Below, piece by piece: positions 12,901 to 25,199 of a stretch of DNA of 64,000 nt. A program made the position numbers and the translations under genes. The notes beneath the pieces were generated by a model, which did not search any database, was not told the origin of the DNA, and saw nothing but the letters and a program-made list of their open reading frames with translations. Origin of the DNA: Chlorokybus atmophyticus (taxonomy: Eukaryota; Plantae; Mesostigma and Chlorokybus algae); assembly GCA_009103225.1 (NCBI GenBank), contig RHPI01000385.1, forward strand, positions 81,962-145,961. The letters run 5' to 3'. The first letter of the stretch is position 1; the number at the start of each line of letters is the position of its first letter.

Positions 12901-12968
12901 TTCTCCTTCTTAACCTCCCCCTTACGCCGACCCCGCCCCTGCGCTGCGGCCGCCGCCGCCGCCGCCAT
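9903..12968 (-). CDS. DDX49: DEAD-box RNA helicase DDX49/DBP8-like (multi-exon)
   Basis: Q motif [73 protein letters not shown] and [11 protein letters not shown], in order across GT-AG exons. ATG 12968, TGA 9903. Confidence 0.9.
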
Positions 12969-13967
12969 GCCCGACCAGATCAGACCATACCGGACCAGTT
13001 CAGACCAGAAATTGTAATCTCCACACATCTAGTGCGTCGCTGCTTGAGAAGCGCTGTACTGTAGAGCTACTCACCATGACATCACGTATACCGCGGCGCA
13101 CGTGACTTGCTGCTGGGAACCTCTGCCTCCTTGTTGTTGTTGTAGTTGTTGGCGGTGGCGGCGGTGGCTGTGGAGGCAAAGATGGGTGAGGGTGGGATGG
13201 CGGGAGGGGCAGTGGGAGGGGCTCTGGCGGTGCCGTATACCGCCATGGTGATTGAGGGGGGCTGCGTGCTGCACGTCCTGCACACCTCGCAGGGCAAGGT
13301 AAGGAGGCATCCGGTCTAGCCTTGATTTTCCTCCAGTTGTTTCCAAAACTAATGATGATGGTTTCAACAAGAGCACAGCACAGCACAGCACAGAATGTGC
13401 ACAATCTACTTTTCATGGCATACACTTAACATAACATGATAAACAATGCCCTGTACCAAGACAATGTGCGTGCGCGCGTGTGTGCGCGTCGGTACGCATT
13501 CAGAGTTGACACCGACACATGAGCAAATGAGAACTGACAACGCAAACAGTATTTAACAACCAGCGTTCGTCAAAGGTGCTGTAAGCAGCAGTCAGCAAAG
13601 TGTTGGAGAACGCGTATTCTTATTGTTTGTAATACCTTACGTTGGTGGCGCCTTCATGTGCGGCAGCATACAGCTTTCAGATGAAGCTTTATTCCGCGAA
13701 TTTTTATAACTGCCACGGTTTGTGGCCATCAGCAGCTTGGCAGGCACGGGTACTTGGATGTGCATGCAGTAGTGGTTTACTACTTTGACAGCATGCTGTG
13801 ACAGCATGTAAGCATCACGGGTCGTTCTTGAAAGAGCTGATAGATACAACCAGCAAACAACGTGGTGCAACACATCAATAGCAACTTCTTCAAGCCATGT
13901 TAAACAGACTTGTGTAAGCAACCACGGGCGCGTTGCCTGCGTGACAGTGATGTGCATCTGCGCGCAG

Positions 13968-15885
13968 ATGTTCATTATGAGCGAAGTAGCCATCAACCTC
14001 TTTCGCGAGAGCCCCGGCGCCTTTGTCAAGGTCCCAAACACCAAAACCACTTACCCACTCAACATGTATCCCAATCTCAGGTCTCAGACTCAGCTTCCAA
14101 TGCTCTCACCTCAGGACCTCCGCGCCGCTCGTTACCCCAAGCTTGTATCGTCCTCGGCGGGTGTGGCGCGCGTGGCGACGTCACTGGGACTGCCACCCAA
14201 GGGAGGCGCCACCGGGGGCAAGGTGGCTGCTGCGGGAGGGGCAGAGACGCCGATGATGGGGAATGGTGGGACAGCCAGCACCATCTCAACTACGCTCATT
14301 GGGGCGGACACTGTCGAGGGGCTGCTCATTGACAGGAGGATAGTAAGTCAACAGCTGGGTTCTGAAAGCGTTTGAGTTGGGTGATTGTGATGTGTAGTGT
14401 GCTTGTGTTGCCAGCCAGAGTTGGTGCAACCGTTCAAGCTGGCGCTGTTGAAGCTGGTGTCTCAGGAAGCAGCACACCTGATGTCAACAGGTGAGAAATG
14501 TGCTGCCATCTAGGTTTGGAGCGAGCGGATAGCAATGTATTATGCCATGGTCAACAAGTGCCAACACAACATGATGCTTACATTTTGCATTGTTACTCAC
14601 CACAGCGTGACGCTCATGTTATATTGGCACTCGCCAGGGGACTATGCTTCTGCCCTGCCCGTGGCCTTGGATGCAGTGCAGCAAGGTCAGGCGCTGTTTA
14701 AGCCGGCAACCTCCCTGCAGATGTTCCCACTGTACCTCCTCGCCGCACAGGTGTGTGAGCACAACCGCTCTGCCTTCTCTAGAGAAAGATGACAATGCTT
14801 GTGATTTCATTGAAACATGTTGCACGCAAGGCTTCATTGGGAGCGAAGCAGGCCGGGCGCAGTGCGGACTTTCTGGGGCTGGCGGCGCACCTGGCTTTGC
14901 GTGAGCCCGCGGCGATGAGTCACGCCATGCGTGGAGGGCTAGCGCGAGGCTGGGGCGGGGTGTACGCCAGCCAGGGAAAGCAACAGCAGGTCTGTGTAAC
15001 AAAGGGCCACGCACGAGCAGGGGTGAAGGAGCATGTCTCTATGTGCCTTTGCTCAGTGTCGAGCTGCGCGCTTGAGTGTGCGTGATTGTGTGCGCACACG
15101 TCAGCGTGCGTGCATGTGTGTGTGTGAGCGTGCGTGCCTGTTTGCGCCTCATTGAAAAAGTGACATATGCATATGTGGCAGGCAATCAATGCATTTGCTG
15201 AGGAGGTGTACTGGATCTCAATGGAGAAAGGTACGCCTGATCACCCGCAGACGGCGGGGGCCTACTGGTCACTTGCAAACCTGTTTCGCACACAAGTAAG
15301 CGTGATTTGTAACCTTACATGGACAGTACAAGTTGTATATGTCATGTTACGACCTCGTCTACAGGGTAATCATGAAGCGTGGGCGGCGTGTACAGAGGTG
15401 CTGGTCACCCTCTGGGAGAACTACCTGGTGAAGGCTGCGGTGGGCAAAGCAATCTCACAGGATGCGCTGAACCAGAACCAGGTACAACACACCCACAACA
15501 TGCTCGCAATGTTGGGTTGGCTGGCACTGCAAGAGTCGCTGACCAGAATGGGGTGAGCAGCTCTGGGAGGTGGTGGACATGCTTTCCGAGGTAGCCACGT
15601 CAAGAGCAGAGGCGCTGGGCAATGCCAAGGCTACCAATGCTTACTTTGCCCTCGCATTGGCTGAGGCTATGGCCGGGGAGAACGACAAGGCGCGGGAACA
15701 CATGGAGGTAAGCCACCGAGGTGTTTTACATTGCGTGTCACACGTTGGGAAGTCCACAACTTTGTAACAACGAATGCTGGCAGATTGCAATGGACAGCGA
15801 TAAGGAGAGCGGCCAAGAACGATGGGGCCAGGTTTGGGAGGTTCTGGACAAGCTGGGGTTGAACATCACAAGAACCACGCAGTAA
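13968..15885 (+). CDS. ZMYND12/p38 (inner-arm dynein associated)-like protein, multi-exon; the true start may lie in an upstream exon
   Basis: Spliced peptide GDYASALPVALDAVQQGQ..LQMFPLYLLAAQ|ASLG..DFLGLAAHLALREP..GVYASQGK..AFAEEVYWISMEKG..AGAYWSLANLF resembles the ZMYND12 helical region. TAA at 15883. Confidence 0.65.
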
Positions 15886-15994
15886 TTGTGTACATACATG
15901 CATATATATGTATTACCAAGTCCACACATAATGTTGAGCACACGATGGGAGGCAAAGATGGGACAGTGCACACAGTGTACAGCGAAAATTTGAT

Positions 15995-18320
15995 TCAATC
16001 ACTGACATTACCAGTGTCAAGCTTTCTAGCACCATTTTCGCTGGCTGCTGATGCACCCCCAGAGTCCCTGTAGTTCTTTTCGCTGAGGCTTTTCAACCAG
16101 AGCTCTGCCGTGTGCTCCGACCTTTCCGTGCTCACAATGTGCGGGTACACTTTCGCAACCTTGAACTCCTCAACTGCGTCGGCCCATGCGCGCAGCGTGA
16201 GCTCGCCATGCAAGTGCGCAAACTTTCTGTTATAGTTCCCATATATGCACTCCACCAGGAACAGCCCGAGCTCCGGTGCCATTGGCACGTTGACGTACTG
16301 CTTCCTGGACAACGCCGCCTCGACAGTCTCTTCCGTAGCATGACCCCTCACCACCGCCACAACCATACCCACCTGCAAGAGCAGATGCACACGTTGAGGG
16401 AACACACACACCTGATAGTACACACCAACCAGAGTGTGTTAGGTAGAGGTGATAACCATGTTGGTGTGCATGCGTTACTATGGCTGTTTGGTATGCATGT
16501 TGGACTGCTGCACCAAGTACGAATACAGTCTTTGCGCAAAATGTGGTTTGAGTGCTTGCTAGTCAATGCCAATCAATGGGGGCAAAGCAGTGTCTCGCAG
16601 CGCTTTACCATCTTGCGGATCTGGTGGAGGAGGAACGACTGCCCGACCACTGTGAGGCGAACCAGCTCCATGCCATCCACAACAAAAAGCTCGCTGATGG
16701 TGAAGGACTTGATGTAGCGCTGACAGCTTGGATCCGAAGCAGGCTTCTTGGCAGTGAAGTTGTGAAATATATGCGTACCGACAAACCGAGACAGAATTTT
16801 GCTCACAAACTCCCTCATGGACTTGTTAAACTTGAAAGGCACATCACCATCTAAGACTACAAGTTAGCCACTGAGAACAAATAACTCTGCCACGCGTCTT
16901 CATGGAACTCATACAACTGCAGCATTGATGGCATACCTGTCTGTGGCTTTGCTGAGCCGTTGACAGCACCATCTGTTGCATGGTCAGCTGAAGGTTCGGC
17001 CATGCTTGCTTCCTGTACTCTGTCATCAAGTGCTGCAGCAGCCGCCGGTGGAGCTTCGGGTGCAGGTGTTGCAACCAAGGCATCAGTTTTGCGAGCGCTG
17101 GCAAAGGCAAACGTGGGCAGCACGTACTCGTAACGCCGGCAATCGCACATGAGTCGGGCGTCAAAGGAGTTTGTGACACGCTTGTAACCATGCACACGGA
17201 TCTGTTCTGGTAGATGCTCGTTGATGCGCTCGACTACTCCTTCCGGCTCTACTATCATCTTCAAAGAGACAACCTATGGGACAAATACATGACAATTCAG
17301 TTGAGGCCAAGTAGGGTGCATACTCGCCAACATGAAACAATCATGGGTCCACGTGTGCAAGACACATATGAGTACAGCATTATAGCGCTTGCCTGTCCAA
17401 GTGCAGACACGCCGCGGTCGGTTCGGGCTGCTCGCATCCAACCGATCTTCTTCGGATCGCCGTAATGCCACTGAGCTATGGCTCCGGCATCACGAAAAGC
17501 TCGCTCCAGTTCGCCCTCAATCGTCTTGCACCCCGGGTTTCGCTGCATGCCGGAGTACCCCGCGCCCAAGTACGAGATGAAGACAGCAACCTTTCTCTTC
17601 CTTCCAACCCTACATGCATGACAACCTAAGCTTAGCAACATAGGGTGCTTTTTCCAACATGCTCCTCCAAGACCACCTGCAAACTGTTTGTGTGTAACAG
17701 TACCAATGGCATGCAAGAAGTTTCCGGCAAGCCGACTGCTCTAAAGTGCGTTTACCCTTTGCATGGTAATTGTGTGTCATTGCAAGTACATATACATCAC
17801 CATGCGGTGGCATGTCGGCTGTATGCGTAAGTGGCATGTCATGCCACTTACGCATGCAGCCGACATGCCACCACGTGTGCACAGTGTCCGCATGGCATTA
17901 TGTGCGTGCTGATGTCATCTGCATGTTGGCATAGCACATATTTGAGCTGCATGCTTACTTTATATAGCCAGGCTTTCCTTCTTCACCCTCTTTACCGTCT
18001 CCAACGTCCCCGCCGCCTCCCGGAGCCTCGTCCACTGCTTCCGCAGGCTCGTCCGCTGCTCCGGAGGGGGCGGCAGATGTTCCAGGCGCCTCTGCTGCGA
18101 CGTCCTCCGCCTCAACTCTAGGCCTCTTAGCATTGGCCTCATTGTCCCCGGCATCATCCTCCGCTCGCAGCCTCTTCTCAGCGACAGCTGCAGCATCATC
18201 AGCAACCTCCAATGCCGTCTGAGGACCTTGCTCCTCGCCGACGGCCGCACCCGTATTCTCCACCATCACCTCCACCGGCGCCTCTTGCGCGTCAGCCGGC
18301 GCCGCCGGCGCCGCCTCCAT
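15995..18320 (-). CDS. PUS1: tRNA pseudouridine synthase, TruA/PUS1 family (multi-exon)
   Basis: KRKVAVFISYLGAGYSGMQRNP, catalytic RAARTDRGVSA, RRYEYVLP, FVGTHIFHNFT, GQSFLLHQIRKMV, VPMAPELGL. Confidence 0.92.
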
Positions 18321-18392
18321 GTCTACTAGCAGGACAACGTGCTTACTGGTAGGGCACAAACTGCATTGAGCAACGGGCAGCAGGCGGCGGCG

Positions 18393-20194
18393 ATGAGGGG
18401 AGCGGCGGGGCCGTCGCCGTCGTCGTGGGGGAGGTCGCTATCGTCATCGTCGGCTTGGTGGACGCCTAGGGGCATTAGCTTGCCGGCTAGGCGGCCAGGC
18501 TACCACGGGAGAGTTTCCGTCCGCTGCCGGGTGGCTTCAGGCGCCGCTGCTGGGGTTGGGGACAATGCTCCTGAGGCGAAGGTGAGCTGTCAGCAGCAAC
18601 ACAGGGAGAAAATACTTGCACACATATTCAGCTTTGAGACTGCCACAGCGTTGCGACTTCCTTGTTGTTTAGTACTTGAGGGTAGGGGTGAGAGTGGGGG
18701 GTGGGGTTAGTTTCAAGTGGCCATAGCTGCTGTCGGCGTTGTCTTGCTTACAACATAGCACGCTTAGCATCCGTTGTGTGACTTTGGCAGCTGTTGCTCT
18801 CACACATTGTGTCGCAAAGCTTGTAGTGAAATGACAGCCCAGGTTGTTGTCTTTGTCGTTTTGGGCTGTTTTGCAGCTACTCGCTTTGCTCCGCGCCAAT
18901 GTGCGGCAGTAAGGGTGCTCTAAACGAACACCTTTGCCGCAGCTTTACTGCGGCATCCCCCCAACCACTAATCGCACGCTTTTGATTAAATCCGTTCACA
19001 ATGCTTCATTGTATCATTGTCACTTGAAGCATTTCCGTAATTAGCGCTTCATCACATACAAGGTGTCCTTACCATAGCTGGGCGTGTTAGATGCCATCTT
19101 TCTGTGCTCTTCTGTTGAATGTGGGTATTGCACGTTCCATAACCACATGCACAGAACAGGGATCCAGCACTTATGCGCCGCTGTCTTGGGACTTTACATG
19201 GTACTCAAGAATTTGTCACAACATTGACTGCTCTCAATGACATGCTCATGCCATAGGCCAAATCAGCCTCGCGGGTTCCTTTCAAGGTTGCTGCCACGGC
19301 CGGGGTGCTCGCTTTGACCGGAGATGCGATCGGGCAAGGAATGACCGCATATAAGAAGTACCAGAACCTGAGTCCATGCTGCAGGAAGAACTTCAACGCC
19401 TTTGCCGAGATGGACCTTTATCGCTCCTTCCGTATGCTGAGCTACGGGTTCCTCCTTTACGGCCCGCTCTCCCACTTTTGGTACCGCTGGCTTGACAAAT
19501 TGCTCCCCGCACCCACTTTCACCAACTTCGTGTCCAAGGTGAGCATGTATAGAGTAGTAGCAGTATACTGGCAGCATGCGTGTGCACGCATGCGCGCAGT
19601 CTCATTCATGTACTGCACGTAGGTGCGCACATGATGCCTATGCCTGATCCTGGATGGGCTTCCTGTGTTTGCATTTTGATTGGTCAATTTTGCTTGATTA
19701 GAGGAGTACAATGGTTCATTGCACATACCTTGCCAGGTGGCGCTAAACCAACTGCTCCTCGGCCCAGTAGTCCTAGTCATTGTCTTCTCGTGGAACCTTG
19801 CTTTGGTAGGCCGCGCGAAAGACATTCCCGACAAGCTTCAACATGCATGGTGGCCAACATTGCAGAAAGGTAAGTTGCAAGAGAGCTGCGGTTCGCGCTT
19901 GCAGCACAAGGTGTCAGTGGCGTTTGATTTCAACTTGTATATTACGTGACAGGATGGAAGTTCTGGATTCCAGCCAGTGCCATCAATTTTGCGTAAGTGT
20001 TATTTGTGCGTGCTTTGTAATGCCACATTGCTGGAGGCTTGCTGACCTTTGAGGGCCAGTCACAGTGACTACAGGGTGTGCGCTGAACGCAAGTTGTGCC
20101 CTACAGGGTGGTTCCGTTGGAGTCCAGAGTGCTGTACATGTCCTCATGCGCAGTGGTGTGGAACACAATCCTCTCGCTCGTGTCCAATGCGTAA
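18393..20194 (+). CDS. Mpv17/PMP22 family membrane protein with plastid-like transit peptide
   Basis: GDAIGQ, DLYRSFRM..YGFLLYGPLSHFWYRWLDK, KVALNQLLLGP, WPTLQK|GWKFWIPASAINF. S/R/A-rich N-terminus; TAA at 20192. Confidence 0.88.
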
Positions 20195-20686
20195 CAACCC
20201 AATGCGGTCCTCCCCTGTGCTCAGGTTGTTGCATTAATACTTTTCTGCAAGTTAATAAGAGTATGTTATGGATGTGTAGTTTCTACGGTGTGTAGTCCAA
20301 ATTATCATTGCGGTCATGGGTACGCGTGCCATTTGCTTCTTACAAGATCGGCTATGCCCCACCCTTCAAATATAACGCCTCATGTTCCGATGCTGATGCC
20401 TAATTGTTTGCAAGCTTGACATCTAAGCATAACCTCTCGGTCGTGAAGCCTCGGTAAGTATTAAGGGTTTGAGCATCTCTCATCAGGTTTTGAAATAAAA
20501 ATTGCTTGGCTCCGTCATACCATAACTGACATAAGAGTTGCCATACAGCAAACTCGAGCATATGGGTACACATGAGCATATCCCTCGCGCATTGTGTGTA
20601 CACAAAGGCAAGCATGAATTATTTTGGGGCTAAAGCAAAGCTGAGCATAGCACGTAGCCAAACTAGTAGGACTCATCAAACACCCC

Positions 20687-21092
20687 CAGATAGCAATCAA
20701 CAGCGTGTGATGTCGACATGGTTGCGCCATACGGCTCCAAAGTCCATGTAATACGCGTATATACGCGTATTACATAAACCGTAATGCCTTTTGCTGTTCC
20801 GCCGCCAGAAAAACGCCCTTGCCCCGAGTTTCACACTTATGTACCGCGCGTCACCAAGTTGTGAGTTACTGGTGGCGCGCGGTGTGCAATGGCGCAAAAC
20901 TCGGGGCAGGGGCATTTGTCTGGCGGTGGGGCAATGCAACAAGGGTGGATTACCACTGGTTTAACATTATGTGCACGTATTATTGCCGTATGCAAGGACA
21001 GCCTATGATGCATGCCCGTATACATGGACTTGCAATGCATACCCGTATGCCGTGGCGCAACTGTGGATGTCAAAAATACTGTTTGCTGCCTG
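20687..21092. repeat. Imperfect long inverted repeat (foldback/MITE-like)
   Basis: Arms align around a centre at ~20860. For example, ccgccgccagaaaaacgcccttgccccgagttt pairs with aaactcggggcaggggcatttgtctggcggtgg, and gttgcgcca..aagtccatgta pairs with tacatggactt..tggcgcaac. Confidence 0.75.
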
Positions 21093-22488
21093 ATAAAATT
21101 AGGCAGTAGACAGCAATCTCAGCCAAAAGCCGATTATGATCAGCACGTCATCATTTCCTTTCTCTTTGTCAGATATGCTAGCAAGGAACTATGCTCATTA
21201 TGATGTATATCACTCGTTATTGTATTATATGGTAGTCAATGAGATAAGGGGGCTTGTATGCCCCCCTCACTCCTCCCGCATAATTTAAATGCTTTCTCGT
21301 CATGATGGTATATATTCGAACGTAAGCACGTGTATGTTTGTCGAACATCGTGCAATATCAGCAGATATTTTACCTAACGACGGGAAAGTGAAATGCCGGA
21401 GTACAATGTTAATAACATGCAATGTGTTGCAATAATGTATTATGTTATGGTTATACGACACTTAAGAGTTGAGATTGTGACCATTTTGCATGCATTGGCA
21501 AGCACACCGGCCCATAATGCAAGCAATAACGAATGCCGTGAATGTGTTCATGGCATGCATGCATGACTAACAGAGGAGCAGTATAACTAGCGGTATGGCA
21601 GGGTAGAGTTAGCCCGGTGGTAATGTATGCATCATGCATAAGGTAAGTCAATTTGCACAGCATGCGCACAAGTAGCAAACTGCAAGCAATAGTAGGCAGC
21701 AAGCAGCAAGTAACTAGAGAAGAGCCGACCAACCAAAATTATTACCAATCTTCAAAGCCCTATGCTACAATGAGTGCTCTATGTATGAGTGCTCTATGCA
21801 TGTGCGTTATATTACTTGCATGTAGTGACGCGCATACTTGCTGTTGCTATCAGTCCGTCGCATATGTTGTACACCCAAGAATCTCCACATAAGAAACCAT
21901 TTCGCCACTTGTCCTCCTTGATCATCATTTACTGTCCTTTGGGCCCCCATTGGCTTAAGGGTGGAGTGACTGATTCACATAGAAGCGTCAGCACAAGTGT
22001 GGATGCATGACAACCCATAATGCCACAATCAATAGAAGCGACGTAATAATCATAGAGAGCGAAGCTGACGCGGCGACTGGCCAAAAGCGCGCGATCCATT
22101 CATTGGGTGTTGCGAGCCACGAGTTCAGAAGCGGCGCGTCACGCTTCGTGCACATCCTAGGCGTGACGCCGTCCGCCGCAGCCACACACAGCGCCCAGAT
22201 CAGAGGCGGCCTGCCCACCGTTGAAGACAGGCCCTGCCAGGCTGACAGATCAGTTACGCCAGGAGCGTCACTGGGACCCTCGTCCTGGCACCAGTACCGC
22301 AGATCAGCAGCGCGTTACGCTGTTGAGTAAAGTACAGCAGTCGTAACGCGAGTACGGCGGCAAAACTGGCAGCACCGTTTCTGGCGTCACGCAACTTGCG
22401 TGGCATAGTCCAACGTGGCAAGCTTATCGGTGCAAGGATAGGCAGAAAGCAGGCGGCGGCGTTTGTAGTGGCGGCAAAGGTGGTCGCC

Positions 22489-24938
22489 ATGGCAGCCGTT
22501 GCGCCATGCTCGTTGCAGTCGGCGATCAGGCCGGTGTCCTCCCCAGCTCTACCGCGACCAAGATTTCGGCAGCTTGGGGGAGGACCTCCGCCCCAACAGC
22601 AACAGCAGCAGGCTGGCCGGCGCGGCTGCAGATGGCGCCCCGTGCAGGCGGCAGAGGATGCCACTGCGGCAGCCATGGCTGCTGCTCTGAAGGCCATGGA
22701 TCAGGTGCGTCTCTGTGCAGTTCCAATCACACCTGCGCTATTCCACATGCCTCTTGTCTTGGTGGCAATGCAAGTGGGAAGATCAGCAAGCAATTGTAGG
22801 CGTACGCGCTGTTTTTTGCACAGTGTGCTTGCCTTGCATGCAGGTCATCTGCTTGGCAAGTAGTTTTGTGCAAGAATGTCGGTTGTGTGTCGCAGTGCAG
22901 CTGGGACTTATGCTTGGAGAGCTGTCAGGGTGGTAGCGTCTGTGCGAGTAGGTAGTCACAATCATAGTCACCGCAGCTTGCCCTCCTTTTCCTCTGTGCC
23001 CATATCCGGTGACCCGCAGGCTGAGAAGGGCGCTTCCGGTGAGGGAAAAATAACCGTGGAGGAGCTGGCAGCAGCAGCAGACCAGCTCCTACTTGAAGTG
23101 GGTAACTTGGTCAGCACACAGGTCACCAGCAAGCATCAGGAAGACCCTGCTGCTACAATCGAGGCTGCTGCGCGTGCCATTGGCGATGACATTACCATTG
23201 AGGAGGTTAGCAAGAGGCACGTCGTGTTCACCGTTGGCCAGCAAACCTGCCGCGGATGTTGTGCATGCCCATGGTTGCTCAGTGTCAATTGAAGGATTGC
23301 AATTTGCTGCCATTGTGTTGATTGTGCCCAGTTTGTTGCACAGGCCCGGGTTGTGTCTTCAAGGCCATCTGCGCGTGATGCTAGTGCGATACTGCACTGT
23401 GACGAGAGCGGTTGCACTGTTGTTGGGCGTGGTGGGGTTGCAGTCACCACTGCAGACGAGTTGAAGGAGACGACAGACGGTGTTTACCAATGTGACATTG
23501 TGCACGGTGCGCCATAAGTGAATAGTTTCCGTGTATCTCTGCCGCTTCAGGCACTCACTGGTGACTTATGTGTGTTGATCACACATGCACAGGTTGCCAC
23601 CTGTCAACACAACCACAGCCCGAGAACTCCTTTCAGATGCTTGAGGGATCGCACTGGAGGATCGGGTACGAGACAGGTGGGTGTCAATCGGTTAACCAGG
23701 TTGCAAGCGATTCACATCTTACATAATGAACATCTGGCAATGCATGTGCTTCATTGGTGACGGCAGGAACAGCATGACATGTTCATGCATTGCAATAGAC
23801 ACAAATACAGTGGTTCTTTGCAAGGCTAACTTTTGCTGTGCCTGCAGCGCCTGCCAAGGAGAAAGCGTATGTTGCCATGGTTGGTGGTGCAAATTGGAAC
23901 ATCGCGCTGAGCCCACAGGAGTTCACGCAATTTGTTCAGCTCATGCAGGTAGGGTATACATATCTGCCAACCGCGACACACCGAGCATAGCGTGCTTGTC
24001 TGATTGCATGCCACTGCTGCGATTGAACTCTGCATTCACAGCAATTGAGGAAAAATATTAAGCAACTGGACGAGGGTGGTCTTGCAAGCCAGGAAGACAT
24101 TGTGCTTGAGGTATGGTTGGAAGCCGCTGTACTTGGGTACTTTTGTGACTTGAACAAGAACATGTGTGGTTTGCAGGCTGCATCAAAGCAAGGGGATGTA
24201 CGGATGAAGTGCAGTGTCCCAAGGGACCGACTCGCCGCTCTTCGCAAGCTTTGGAGCAAGGTATGCCAGTAAACAGCAACGTATACAATCAATTACGTTG
24301 ATAATTACACTTTCACTTCTTCCTATTGATGGGAAGCAGTAGCCCGCTGTCTCGTCCATAGTTGTAGATGCACTGAGATAATCAGTAAATTAGCTCTCAT
24401 TTGCATGGTTTGTGTATACACTCTGAGAGATAGTGTGGTCAGGGAAACTGTTCTGGCGTGTATGACCACTTGAGTCTGTGCGCATGTCAACACCATGCTG
24501 ATAACTGTGGATCCAGCATGCTACAAACTGTTGTTTGTTGGCAGGCACCGCTCCTTAGGGGGAAGCCCGATGTGCACGCCTTTGAGGTTCAGTTTGCGCT
24601 ATTGACGCCAGGACAACGCCAGGTATGCAGTATGTGTGCGGCTTTTCACAAAGCAATTGTGCATAGCCGGAGCCAACTTTGCACGCCAGTAGACAGCAGC
24701 CTGTCCATTGACTTGTGGATTGCAGCACCGTAATGCAACCAACCAGTGCCTCTAAGTGCAACACTATCATGAACAGGTGGAGGGATTCTGGCCTGCAGAT
24801 GCAGTGATGGAGTTTCTGCAAAGGGTTGACAACTTTGATGTTGTCATGGAGGCTGAAGAGAAGGCCAAGGCAACAGCAGTGCCTTTCTCCCAGGCTAAAG
24901 AAAGCATTCAAGACGTCATTGCAAGTTCGGTGATTTGA
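22489..24938 (+). CDS. Hypothetical protein with plastid-like transit peptide (multi-exon)
   Basis: MAAVAPCSLQSAIRPVSSPALPRPRF transit-like start; exons with canonical splice sites (AEKGASGEGK..., IEENIKQLDEGG..., VEGFWPADAVMEFL...); TGA at 24936. Confidence 0.65.
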
Positions 24939-25199
24939 ATATCTGGTCGGCATAGTCGCCCACACTGTACAAATAGAGCACTTGCCTACAGTAGTTGTAG
25001 CGGTGATATACACACTTACACCCCACATCATTGTGTATACGGCAATAATGTGTCTAGTTGCACTCCTACGTGTGGCATTGCCTAGTGACATCAGCGTGCA
25101 CTGCTTGCTGCTGACACTGCAATCTCTTGTCGACATGATGCTATCTGCGCAACAGCACAAGTCAGCTGAATGTGTTGCTAAGTTGGAAAGCTGCTTCAC

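Noticed and set aside
13000-13425. Separate proline-rich gene upstream of DDX49
   Set aside because: Low-complexity GC-rich ORFs in several frames with no family motif; more likely DDX49 5' leader or promoter sequence.
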